NCBI RefSeq assembly: GCF_018977255.1
Contig: NW_024704742.1
Location: forward strand, 102,984,001 to 103,048,000
Source of the DNA: Callorhinchus milii
Lineage: Eukaryota
Direction: 5' to 3'
Length of the DNA: 64,000 nt
In this document: one piece after another, positions 48,024 to 60,850 of the stretch
How positions within the stretch are numbered: the stretch's first letter is position 1
Layout of the letters: each line of letters opens with the position of its first letter
Notes under the pieces: generated by a model
Databases searched by the model: none
The model's input: the letters and a program-made list of their open reading frames with translations, nothing else
What the model was told of the DNA's origin: nothing
Program-made: the position numbers and the translations under genes

Positions 48024-49370
48024 TTGATTGCTTCATAAGCTCTCTTTTTGTAAATATGGGAAGAAATTGTTCAAGTACTTAAGTTTTCATCTTGCGCTAA
48101 GGGATGTTGAATGGATTCAGCAGCTTTTAGTGAATGATGACAGCTGCATGCTTTGTTTTGCCTTGTGGCCAACCACGCACCACAGTTCATGCACAGCAGT
48201 AATGCATGTATGTGTATATATAAATATATTGTAACTTTCATCAGTATTTTAATGGTGTCTGGTGCTGTATGCCACAAGTTTGCTTTTGGGTAAATTGGGC
48301 ACGGTTCAGCCTGTAATGCCTTTTGAGCTCTAGAAAAATTTCTGCCAAATGTGATTTTCGTTCTAACCATATTTTACTATTTACAAAGTATCAGGGTATC
48401 TGAAGCTGACTTTTCAATTCCTTTTTGTGCTGGTTAGTGTAGATGCAATTTTCACAATTTTTAAGAAAAACTTATCTGTTTTGCCTCTGTTCACAACTGT
48501 GAGCCATTTAATTAATCCTTGCAAGCTGTTTAAACTAGCTTTAACATCAGCAATACCTGAAGTGCTTTTAAGTTTCCAGTGCACTGGCTTGGACGAATGA
48601 CTGTTCTGTGTCGGAACATTTCTCTGCAGATACTGCATCCTGAATGGGACATTGGGTATCTTTTCCATGCGATACTTTTCCTTTTTGAAGCGCTCATTCA
48701 TCAAAAACGTCATAGGTATTTTTAAATTGGCAAAAGATGTATTCTGACCTCTTGCAACTGATGGAAAGCACCTGTGGGCTTTTTTTGTACAAATTTAAAA
48801 ATAGGGCTTTACCCTCAAGGTTGCTGCATTGTGTCCTTTAATGTCTTGTTAGTGAATGAATGGGGGGAATGAGCTACCTTTTGATCCGTGAGCAAATGCA
48901 TCTTTAAAATGGAGACTTTGAGAAGTTTGCTTTTAATGCCTTTTGTAGAGTAAACTGAGGTGTGGTTTCTTTGGTTTGAAGTGACCTCCTGCCTTTGAGG
49001 TGTTTAAAATCAATCGTTATGGAGATTACATCAAAGTACCTTGATAAACAGTGCATAAGAACCGTACTACTGTTGTAACACAGAGGCTGACCTGATTGAG
49101 AGAGGAGTTGGATTCAGGTAATTACTGTAATTCTGCACTTTATTGATAAGTTATGGCACGTGGGCCATGTAATGTCTTAATTGAAGTGTTCACAATAAAA
49201 TGCAAGAAAGTTTCACTCGCCTTTGCCAGTGTCAAATTTGCTGTGTTGCCAATTGTTGTTCATGGAGTGGATATTTCCAGCCTGTAAAGGAATTGCTGCT
49301 TTTAAATGTACTTTATACAACATGTGGTGTGTGTAACCCATAGAATAAAAGTTATTCTATGACTGTAGAA
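48024..49370 (+). other. FEM1C: FEM1C 3' UTR (minimum estimate)
   Basis: AT-rich, no recognisable TE; AATAAA at 49194 and 49344. Confidence 0.6.
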
Positions 49371-52300
49371 CAACTTCCATGAAAGAAAATGACTGGAATT
49401 TATTTGTAATTTCACCTTTTCAGAATCATAAAGCTTACATAAATGTTGCACAAATGTCCAGTATTTTGTTTCAGGCATGCATGTTTGTGACATGTCTGAT
49501 GCAAATTCATAAAATTGTTGATCTTTACAGACACGTGTTTCAAACCTCAAATTAATTTTACACAAACTTATAAGCATAATTGTTTTTGGTCAGCCGACTG
49601 TCTGACACACCCATTACCATGTTCAAGAGTATCCAAACCAAACTGCGAATTCTCCTAGAAATGCAGCAGAGAAGCTTCCTCCCACCCAAGGATTAAAAAA
49701 AAGGATTAGCCATACTATTGGGGATGTACTGCAGGTCAAACCACAGAGGAAAAGTAGATCTAATCAGGCAGATAAGGGAGATGAGCAAAAATATTGAAAA
49801 AATAATTATGGGGTAATTTCAATTATCCTCAGATAATGGGCAAAGAAAGTGTACAATCAGCCAGTATTCCTGCTTCTGTTCATTTTCAGTTTTTGACGTA
49901 CCTTGTTTGAAAGCTTGAAAATGCACGTGGATGAACATTGGTCCAGGCTTAACTGAGAAGCTCCACAGTCGGAGCCTGCTATCCTCCCTATCTATGCTCG
50001 TCCATTAAGAATGGCCACTTTGGGAATGAGTTGGTAGAGCGTAGTAGCTGGGAATGAGAGCAGCAGCACCTATAGAATTGTAACCAGTAAATGTCAAGTT
50101 ATCACCATTAGGAATGGAGGATGGAAACACTGATTGTCCAATGCCTTGGGACGTCCTCCTGACGTGAAAGGCGCAATACAACTAATTTTGTTGTTGGAAG
50201 AATATTGGCAAATATACTAATAACCCTTGCATTTTATATAGCGCCTTTTATGTCGAGAACATCCCAAAGCACTTCATAGGATTCACTGTAAAAAGTGTTC
50301 TGTATTTTGATGGAGAACACCTGCAATAGACTATTAAACCTAATTTAATATATTTTCTATACTTTGTGGAAACTGGATTGAGAGGGTTGACAGGTGTCCA
50401 GAAATATTTCCATGGCCTGTGCTAAGACCAGGTAATATTGGAGTTCAGACGTCTAGTTGGCTTAGTTGAGTGTTGCTAAGGTAACTACTTGTTTCGGGTG
50501 ATACTGTACTTGTTTTGTGTGAAGGCACATTGAAGCAGCATAGAGGAATCCCTTAGGAGTGCTTGGTACTGTACTTTGCCCATGATAGTGTTTGTGGGGC
50601 AGGTGAGTGGAAAGAAGTTGACGGAAAATCGAAAGGAACAAAAAAGCCAATTCCCAGTCATGATCATGACCGAATGATCCACCCTAAGTCCGAAAGAAGG
50701 ACTAGGGAAGTGTTAAGGGAGGGAACATTATATTCCATGGTAAGTATTGAAATGCCTTTTGTTTTGTAGCTCCTGATATTCAGAATGTTTATTTAAAGCA
50801 TTTGGTAAATTTTATACTTCTCGAGATGAACAATGTTAGTTTTACTAAGTGAAATACCCATTCAGCCATCCAATATCATCATTAACTACTCCCAGATTAG
50901 ATGCTCTCTAGTTGGGCACGGACAAGTTAAATGCTTCCTCTACTTTGCCCAAGAAATCTGCTCTAAGATGTAACTTGTTACTATGTCAGTATTACCATTT
51001 CACTTTGTACTTCAGCTATCCTATGGCTTTTTAAATGGAGCGAGTGAATGCTCTGATGCCCACTGAAACAGATGTGGCTATGCTGCATAGTATGTAGCAG
51101 AGAACCAGATGCATTTGTATTACACCAATTCATCATATACATAACTCACTTGGGATTGACCCATTCTAGGTTTTCCTTTCATTCAGAATAGCTAGTTATT
51201 ACTGTCCTTATTGTGTATCATTTATGAAGAGATTACTCCATATGTTCCATGCTTTGCTGATTTAAAAAGGAAAGGTTGGACAACTGTTTAGCTCTTTAAC
51301 GATCACAATTTAATTATGACAATCAGTTATGACAGAATAATGTTATTCGTACTGCCAGGACTCTCTTCTCAAATGTGTGCATTTGTTGCTGAGAAATTCC
51401 TCATGATTGAGCAGCCTGCTGCTGCTGAACATCGACATAAACGTCTACAATGATAAGGAATAGGATGACTATTTACACTTAAATGCTCTAAAAGCTGAAA
51501 TGCTCTAAAAGCACAGAATAGTACTTTCTGGAAGGAGAGGAAAACTATTGGAGAAGGGATAGATATCATGCTGGTTGTCGCTCTTGAAAAACAATAGCTT
51601 TTATTTATATGAAATATCTTTGTTGTTAAAATTGTACAGATGTGCCACTGTTAGGGGAGCCACTACAGAGAATTGCTTCAGGTGAATTAAAATTGGATAA
51701 GGAAACTATTGGGATGCATCAACCAAATAGCATAAATATGCCACAGATAAACTATGGGATTCATGTCCAATTCTGGTTATAATCTCTATTCCCAATTCCA
51801 GTTTTATAATTTGGAACAAAATAGGCATAGGTTGAAAAATAAGACTCAATGTTGGGTTATTTCCTGGAATCTCTTGCTTGTCTGTTTTGAATAATTTTTA
51901 TTGTTCTAGACAGAATAAATGCTAATATAATTAGACTTCCCATGTTGCGTAATTGTGTGAATTGCTTCAGTGTGCGTCAGTGCTGTGGCATTCCGATAAT
52001 CGCCTTCACTTGCTCTTGAGCAAGATGCAATCTTCAAATATCAATGGAAGTTAAGTACATGCATGGCATTCTGTAATGGGAATCTCCCTTTCTATTAAAG
52101 GGAACCAAGAACAGGTCAACCGATTGATTTAATGTTTACTAAACCTTGGGGAGATGCCTAAAATAACACTAATATATGAATGCAAATAAATACTTTTCTA
52201 ATGAGGCGACGACTGAGAATTTGAATTTGAGCTACTTGCTACGATTGTTCTACTGAGAATAGTGCTTCAGTTGTGGCAGATGAGAGCGCAGGTTGGAAGA

Positions 52301-52442
52301 ACAGCAACTTCTTTCCTGTAAAAGAGAGATCTGGCACATGATGTTGCTTTGCAGTCAATGGAAAGATTCCTTATATATTTAAGAGAATCCTTTTCTTCAT
52401 TGACAACTGCCTGTGGGTCTGGCTCTACACATCAAGTAATTC

Positions 52443-52581
52443 ATATTCATTACTTGGGTCTCTAATTTAGACAGGAGGTTAAACCCCAAAATTATAATGC
52501 TGGCAGTATAATTACTGATGCTTATTCTGTTGATTTACATAGAACCTTTGTTACATTATGTTTGAATTAAACGCAGTCCTG
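52443..52581 (+). repeat. ~140-bp direct repeat, copy 1 (copy 2 at 57713-57841)
   Basis: atattca.tacttgggtctctaatttagacaggaggttaaa.cccaaa.ttata...ctggcagtataattactgat...agaacctttgtt is present at both sites. Confidence 0.9.
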
Positions 52582-53199
52582 GATCTCAGTCGGACTGTCT
52601 TCACTGGAGGGTGAATTTGAGGACAGCTGTGTATTCTCATCCACCAGATATGTCAACCCATTTTCCAGGCAATAATCCTAGGTTTACCAATTTGCAAACA
52701 GCAACTCAAGCAATGCAACGCCCCAACACTACAGTGAAATGAGCCCAGTCTATATAAGCTCAAAGCCCTGGGGTGAAGCTTGAACCCAATCTTCTCACAT
52801 ATAGACAAGAGTGCCCCAACGAGCCAAGTTGGCACACTTTGCTACAATTGGATTACAATCTACATCTTAAAAAAAAATATATTAGAAATTTAGTTTTAAC
52901 AAATGGGGAAGAACAATCGATTAGTATCTAAAAATAGAATATTTTAAACGAGATTCATCTCAATTCTGAAAATTTGTCAAACTTTTAACCTATTTTTCTC
53001 TTTCAGATTCTAATTAACCTGTTGCAGATTTCAGTATTTATTTATAATTTGAAATCTGGTGTTAGATTGGGGAATATTTATTCAGAATTAACCTGGTGTG
53101 ATGGATTACATCCATGATGGGTTAAGATTAACAATCCTTGCATTTAATACAGCACCTATAAAATCAATGTCTCAAAGCACTTCACAGGCAATTGCTTTA

Positions 53200-56100
53200 A
53201 ACAACGAAATTACATTTGTTTAACGCCTTTCACGTTGGGAGGACGTCCCAAGGCGCTGGACAGACAGTTAAGGACCCAAGCTGGGAGTCGGGGGAGAGTG
53301 GAGGGCAGGGGGGAAAGCAGAAAGATCGAAAGCACGGTCGAAGAGGAGGGTCTTGAAGGTGGCGAGGAAGGGGGCAAGACGTAGAGTATGCGGGATAGAG
53401 TTCCAGAGGTTGGGGGCAGAGTGGCGGAAGGCCTGCCCACCAATAGTGGGGTGAGCAAGGCGGGGACCTGAAGCAGGCTGAAGCCCACTGAATGGAGGGA
53501 GCGAACAGGGTTGTAGGCTTTGAAGGTAAGGACCAGCATCTTGAATTGTATCCTTTGTATGATGGGAAGCCAGTGGAGTTGGGCAAGGATGGGGGTGATA
53601 GGGTCGCGGAGCTTAGTGCAGGAGAAGACATGGCTGCAGAGTTCTGGAAGGATCTGCAGCCTGTGGAGGGAGGAGTTGGGGAGACCGACAAGCAAGGAGT
53701 TTGCATAGTCAAGCCTCGAATGTAATAAAGGCGTGTATGAGGGTTTCGGCAGCCTGTGGTGTAAGTGTCGGAGCCAGGCAACGTTGAGGTGGGGGAAGGC
53801 AGAGCGGGCCATGGCGCAGATGTGGGGTAGAAAGAATAGTTGAGGGTCCAACAAGACCCCATGATTTCGGACTGGCTTAGTAAGGTGGAGTGTGCAACCA
53901 TGGATGTGGATGCTGTCACCGCCTGAGGTATGGAGGCTCTGACGGGAGCCAATCAGGAGAGCCTCGGTCTTGTTGACGTTCAACTGAAAAAAGTTAGCTT
54001 TCATCCCGGACTTGATGTCTCACAGACATTCTGTCAGGACAGCAGTGGTCGTGGAGTCAGAGAGGTACAGTTGGGTCGTCATCCACATACATGTGGAAGT
54101 TGACCCCATGTCTATGGATGATAATAATAATAATTTTCCTTGCATTTGATATAGCGCTTTTCACATCTTCTAGATGTCTTGTGGAGTCCTGTAGCTCAGT
54201 GGTTAGAGCATTCGCTTTGCGACTGAGAGACCTGAGTTCAATTCCAGGCAGAGGGCGAAACCTTGGGCAAGTTTCCTTACTCCACACAGAGCCTAATAAT
54301 AATCCTCCAAAAAAAAACCAAAACAATAATAAAAATTGGTCATTTTCAATCTACGACTGTTTGTGGGACATTGCTGTGCGCAATTGGCTGCCGCTTTCGC
54401 CCACAAATATACTGTCAATTCACTTTACAGTGTGTTCTGTGAAGCGCTTTGGGACGTCCTCCCGACATGAAAAGCGCTATATCAAATGCAAGGATTATTA
54501 TTATTAAAGCACTTCACAGAATACTGTAAAGTGAATCGACTGTATATTTGTGCGCAAAATATGGCTGTCAATTGCACACAGCAGTGTCCCACAAACAGTC
54601 ATGGATTTATTATTGATGTTACCAAGAGGGAGCATATAGATGTTGTAGAGGAGGAGACCAAGGACAGAGCCCTGAGGAATGCCGCACGAGACTGTCCGGG
54701 GGCTAGAGGAGAAGCTGTTTGAGGAGATGAAGTGCAGGCGGTGTAAGGGGTATGATCTGAACCAGTCAAGGACAGCGCCGTGGAAATTGAGGTGAGATGA
54801 GAGGCGGTGGATGAGGATAAAGTGATCAGTGTTAAAAGCAGCAGAGGTCAAGGAGGATGAGGAGGCAAAGTGAGCCCTGGTTGCAGATGGACAGAATGTC
54901 ATTTGTCTGTCTGCGACCAGGGCTGTTTCTGTGCTGTGGGTGGCATGGAAACCCGATTGGAGGGGTTCGAGAAGGTAGTGGTGGGAGAGGAAGGAGCGAA
55001 GCTGAGAAGCAACAACTTGTTCCAGGACCTTGGAGACGAAGGGGAGGTTGGAGATGGGGCAGTAGTTAGAGAGTAGAGAAGGGTCCAGGGAGGGTTTTTA
55101 AAGGATTGGAGTGATGACGGCCATTTTTAAAGGGGTGGGAACAGCACCAGAGGACAGGGAGAGGTTAACGATGTCAGTGAGTAGAAGGGCAAGGAGGTGG
55201 CGCTGAGAGGTAAGGAGAGCGGCAGGGATCTGGTCAAGGGAGCAGATGGTCAGTTGCATACGGGTTATGAGAGAGGAGGGGGAGACGGGTTCAAAGGTGT
55301 GGACGGAGGGATGGGTAGGGGCCGGAGTGAGAGGAGGAGATGGGGAGGGGGTAGAAGATGCAGAGGCAGCTGAACTGATTCCCTCGACTTTGGATTCGAG
55401 GAAGTCCAGCATTGCCTCACAGTTGGCATTTGAGGTGAGGATGGGTGAGGTGTGAGAGGGTGGGCGGAGGAGCTGGTTCGTGATGGAGAAGAGGAGCCTA
55501 GGATTGACTTAGCCTTCAAGATTGTCTTGGAGTAGAACATCGACTTAGCAGAGGCGAGGGCAGAGTGGTAGGATTTGACATGATCCAGCCAAATCTGCCA
55601 ATGGACAGCTAGGTTTGATTTAAGCCAGGCTCAGCGGAACTGGCCTGGGCTTTAAGGGAGTGGAGGTGGCTGATCTATCAAGGTGACTTGCATTAGTAGG
55701 AGATGGTTCGGGAAGAGAGGGGAGCGAGGGAATCAAAAGTGGAGGAGAGGGAGCTGTAGAGAAAAGTGACCGAGGAGGGTAGGTCAGTGAGGGAGGACGC
55801 CCAGAGGGGAAGGAGTTCAGATGACTCCAAGGCAGCCAAGAGGGATGGGAGGTGGGGAGATTTTTTTCTCAGGGGAGGTATGAGATGGAGATGGGTTGGG
55901 TGGTGGTGGGGAGAGGGATTGACGAGTTAAGGGAGATGAAGTGATGATCTGAGATTGCTTTGTCAATGATGGTGAGGTCCAAGATGGTGAGGCCCCGAGT
56001 GATCACCAGGTCGAGGGAGTGACCATGGACATGGGTGGCAATGTGGAGGGAGTGATTGAGGGAGGAGGTAAGGGAGGAAAATTCAACAGAGGTAGAGCAA

Positions 56101-56470
56101 GAGGGGGTGAAATGAAGGTTGAAATCGCCAAGGATAAGGAAGCGTTCAGAGCAAAGGGAGAGGGAAGATAGGAGGGTGGAGATGTTGGGGATGATGGTGG
56201 GGGAGGACTTGGGGGGGTGGGGGCGCTGTAGATGAGGAGAATTTTGAGGGAAAGGTTGGAGGTGTGATAAAGGGTAAGGTGCTCAAAGGAGAGAAAAGTT
56301 CCAATGGAGTAAGTGGATAGGCCGAGCGGGGACCGGAAGATGAGAGCCACACCACCACGGCGGCATTTAGATTGTGGGGTGTGATGGAAGGTGTAGCCGG
56401 GTTGTGTGGCCTCAATCAGGGAGAAGGTGTCGACTGGAGTGATCCGGGTTTCAGTGAGGGCGAGAATGTA
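53200..56470 (-). mobile_element. Longest LINE-2 in the window: APE endonuclease through RT to 3' tail, frameshifted and interrupted by SINEs
   Basis: ILALTETRITP...PGYTFHHTP...GGVALIF (APE N-terminus) at ~56330-56470; GIPQGSVLG and YVDD motifs; tail at ~53200. Confidence 0.93.
54181..54505 (+). mobile_element. Full-length young tRNA-SINE nested in a minus-strand SINE fragment (54121-54180 + 54506-54613)
   Basis: gtggagtcctgtagctcagtggttagagc...caaggattattattatt. The two flanks join into one minus-strand SINE tail. Confidence 0.9.
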
Positions 56471-56477
56471 AAGTATT

Positions 56478-56760
56478 AGAGACTGTGTGTTTGTGGGTGA
56501 ACACGGCAGCCAATTTGCTTGCAGCAATGTCCTGAGAAATGAAGGACCATTTATGTGGTGATTGTAACTTTCCTTTTGAATAGTGTTGTGGGTTCTTTAA
56601 CGTCCACCTGAACAGGCAGATGGGACCTTAGTATAATATGTCATCTGAAAGACTGCAGCTCTGACAATGTGAAGCTTCCCCATGACTGCATTGGTTTTCG
56701 CCTAGACTGAGCTCTTAGTCCTGACATGAGCCATGAACCTAAACCTTCTGATCCAGAGAC
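56478..56760 (-). mobile_element. Old Deu-domain SINE
   Basis: gtgggtgaacacggcagccaatttg...tctttaacgtccacctgaacaggcagatggg. Confidence 0.7.
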
Positions 56761-57712
56761 TGGTGTCAGGTTATATATAGCCTGCGGAAGAGTTGGATTT
56801 ATTGGGACATCTTTTGCAATTTACATTTTATCATCTTAAAACTTTTTGTGAAGATACAGTGGTTAGAATTTGAGGAGACTGCAGATAATCATATCCATCT
56901 ACACCTCAGAATAGAATGCTCTGAAAATAGCATTGATCACCCAAAAAGTTTTCTTGGCAACATACAGGCAATATCTATCTATGTTGCCATAAGTACTCTT
57001 GCTCTACAATCCGTTTTTCTATGTTTTTGCAGTGCTTTTTAACCTTTTTTAATTAAAAAAAATTGTAGATCATAATTTTAACAAAAGAGTCGTGCTGGAA
57101 AAAGCTGTTCAATTGTTAAATGCTGCGCTTACATGACGGGAGGCGAGATCTGTGTAAGGAATTCTCTCGAGTTATGTTCAGTGACTGATTGATTGAGAAT
57201 TTGGCTGCAGATCCCTGGATGTTAAATTACCATTGCATATAACTGACCTGGTTCTGTACCAATCTCGAATCAAACAAATCGGATGAAGCAAAAGAAAGGC
57301 CTCCTTGACGAGGAGAAATGTTACATTTTCTCATAAAATTAACAATTCCAAATAGGATGCATGATAATACCAGATATTTGCAGAATAAAAAAGCAAAGTA
57401 CTTGGACTTAAATATAAAATTAAAATGAATGTAACTTCAAAAGATTAATTGAAAGAAGTTGTGCCTTTAAATATGCAATTAAAATCCTGTGCCATTCACA
57501 TGAAAGCTCTTGTAATCCAAAAATAAATTCATGAAGATTTTCTGACTCACATTCTGTGGTCTGTGTGTCATCGAGGTGCTGGTTTTATAAAGCCAGACTG
57601 AAGTGAACAATGGTCTGCAAAGGAAGTTTGGAAATGATCGTGACTCGGAGCAAAGTGCTCAATGCTGCTGCACCCACTCAACCCGACACGCACAAATGGA
57701 AGGCTGCAAATT

Positions 57713-57841
57713 ATATTCAGTACTTGGGTCTCTAATTTAGACAGGAGGTTAAATCCCAAAGTTATAGTCCTGGCAGTATAATTACTGATATTTATTCTGT
57801 TGATGCATATAGAACCTTTGTTTGCATTAAACTGAGTCCTG
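57713..57841 (+). repeat. ~130-bp direct repeat, copy 2
   Basis: See 52443-52581. Confidence 0.9.
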
Positions 57842-57949
57842 TTTTATACAGCAACTGTTTTAAAGAGTTTTTTTAAAAAGACTCTTAGCAAATTATATTC
57901 TACTTGTGAAAAGCAACAGTTTTCATTTAGAAATGTTATGTGTGAGCTA

Positions 57950-59250
57950 CAACAGCAATATTTCATGTCGGAAGGACGTCCCAAGGCGCTGGACAGACAG
58001 AGTTTCGGACCCGAGCTGAGGGTCGGGATCGGGGTGGGTGAAGGCCAGGGGGGAAGCAGGGAGAACGAAACCACGGTCAAAGAGGAGGGTCCTGAGGTCG
58101 GTCTTGAAGGAGGCAAGGGAGGGTGCGAGGCAGAGGGACTGCGGGATGGAGTTCCAGAGAGTGGGTGCAGAATGGCGGAAGGCCCGCCTGCTGTTAGTGG
58201 GGCGGTCGAGGCAGGGGATGTGAAACAGGCCGGAGCCCACTGAGCGGTGGGATGGAGCAGGATGGTCGGGGCTTAGGAGGTCACAGAGGTAGTGGGGAAC
58301 CAAGCCTATGGAGGGCTTTGAAGGTGAGAACCAGGATCTTGAACTATACCCTCTGTGTGATGGGAAGTCAGTGGAGTCGGGCGAGGATGGGGATGATAGG
58401 GTCACGGAGCCTGGTGCGGGAGAATACACAGGCTGCAGAGTTCTGGATGAGCTGCAGCCTATGGCGGGAAGAGTTGGGGAGGCCGATAAGAAAGGAGTTT
58501 GCATGCTCAAGCTTTGATGTAATGAAAGCGTGTATGAGTGTTTCGGTGGCCTGTGGAATGATACAGTGGTGGAACCGGGCAATGTTGTGAGTTGGGGGAA
58601 GGCAGAGAGGATCATGGCACAGATGTGGGATAGAAAGAATAGTTGAGGGTCAAACAAGACCCCAAGGTTCTGGACTGGCTCAGTGAGGTGGAGTGTGCAA
58701 CCATGGATGGTGATGCTGTCAGCGCCTGAGGTGTGGAGGCGCTGACGGGAGCCAATCAGGAGAGCCTCGGTCTTGTTGACGTTCAACTGAAGAAAGTTAG
58801 CTCTCATCCAGGACTTGATGTCTGACAGACATTCTGTCAGGACAGCAGTGGTCCTGGAGTCAAGGGTGGAGGCAGAGAGGTAGAGCTGGGTGTCATCCGC
58901 ATACATGTGGAAGTTGACCCTATGTCAGGAATCATGTCACCAAGAAGACGCATATAGATATTGAAGAGGAGGGGACCAAGGACAGGACCCTGAGGAACTC
59001 CGCATGAGAGGGTGCGGGGGCGAGAGGAGAAACCGTTTGTGGAGATGAAGTGGAGGCGGTGTGAGAGGTACGATCTGAACCAGTCAAGGGCAGAGCCGTG
59101 AAGTTTGAGGTGAGAAGAGAGGCAATGGATGAGAATAGAGTGGTCGACGGTGTCGAAGGCAGCAGAGAGGACTAGGATGCAGAGGGAACCCTGGTCACAG
59201 ATGGACAGAATGTCATTTGTCACTTTGACCAGGGCTGTTTCTGTGCTGTT
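57950..59250 (-). mobile_element. LINE-2 RT region + 3' end
   Basis: [49 protein letters not shown]. Confidence 0.95.
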
Positions 59251-60109
59251 TCTGTGCTATGAGCTATCATATTCTCCCTTGCTAGAAAATTGGAATTTGC
59301 TTTATTTCAAGTTAAAGTGGACTAAAATTTAGTTTTTCTTTTAAGACCTCAATCCAGTTCAAAAGAATCCACTTTTCAGATACTCTGACTGTATATTTCA
59401 ATTTACCAGCTTTATTCTAATCAAATTTTCCTTGCCTCCATCACTCCTTCTTGTCCCTTCTTTGCCACCCTGACATGAAAGGGGTTATGCAAATGCAATT
59501 TTGTATAGTATTCAGATCACACCTGAAGACTTTCCTCTTCATCTGTCCCTAGGGTCACCTCCCCTTTCTCCCTGGCTTGGCATCAAAGTACGCCAATGTT
59601 AAACATTCTGCATGAAGCATGCTGTATAAATGCAAATTATTGGTGGTAATTTTCTCTGGGATGTTTTCCAGCCATAATTTTACTCGGCACAACTGAATAT
59701 TGTCTTATGCAATGATGTCTCTACCCCACAAAACAGCTAGGGAGTTTAGTTGGCAAACAGTTCCACATATATTTGATACCATTTTAGGGCCATAGCTTTG
59801 CTGTTGCTTTCTGGGATGGGAGAACAAATATTTATGCCTCCATGTATTTAGAGTCCGCTGATGGCTGTTTCAGAGCTCTGTGGGAATGAGCTTGACAACA
59901 ACTTGGTTCATTTTTCTCGAATATAACCGAGTCCAATAATGTTTCAAAGGGAATCACATGAATAATTAAATGATACAGGGCACAAGATTTAGTGAACTCT
60001 AGTAGAGCTCACTGATTTGCTGAGTCTCTCAAGAGGTAACTGAATACCAAATAAAGGATGCCTGTGAAAACTGGATGAAGAAATGATAATGTGCTTAAGT
60101 AAGGTCATA

Positions 60110-60850
60110 ATGATCCTTACATTTGATACAGCAGCTTTCATATTGGGAGAAAGTCTCAACGCACTTCATAGGATTTTACTGTATTGTCTATTTTGTAGAC
60201 AAATGCAGCAGCTGATTTGTACACAACCATGAAGTGAATGACCAATTTTATTTGAGGGATTGTTGGCCAGGAGCCTAAACTTGCCATGGGATCTTTAATG
60301 TCCACCTGAACACACAGCCACGACTTTGGTTTAACATCTCATCTGAAGGACAGCACCTCTAACAATGCAGCACATCCCCAGCACTGCACTGGGGGTCAGT
60401 TTAGACTGTAAAAGTTCTGATGTGTGGCTTGAACCCACAACCTGATACGGAGGTGAGAGTGTTACCAATTGCCAAGCTGACACAAAGGTCATGTATGGAA
60501 TAGTATTTTAGTCTCCCTTTATAGCTGACTTTGAAGCAATAAAATTGGGCTTTATTTTTGGTGCCTCATTTGTTAGCTTGGATCAGTTGATAGCACTCTT
60601 GCCTCCTGAGTCAGAAGGCTAGAGGTTCAAGTCCCATAACCTGGATTTTTGCTCACACTCCAGGCTAAAACTCCAGTGCAGTATTGGGATAACACTGCAT
60701 TGTTAAAGGTGTCCTCTTTCAGAAAAGATGTTGCAACTGAGGTTCTCTGATCTACATTGTCTTGGAGTAAATGTTAAAATTTCCTACTGATACAATTCAA
60801 AAAAGATAATTTTCTCCTAAATCCTGGCCAATAATCCTTCATATAAATTG
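60110..60850. mobile_element. Two old SacSINE-like SINEs head-to-head (minus ~60110-60480, plus ~60570-60850)
   Basis: gccatgggatctttaatgtccacctgaa (minus copy); agcactcttgcctcctgagtcagaagg...ggttcaagtccc (plus copy). Confidence 0.7.

Noticed and set aside
53200..56527. Potentially autonomous LINE-2
   Set aside because: Multiple frameshifts and deletions, nested SINE insertions, and no 5' end.
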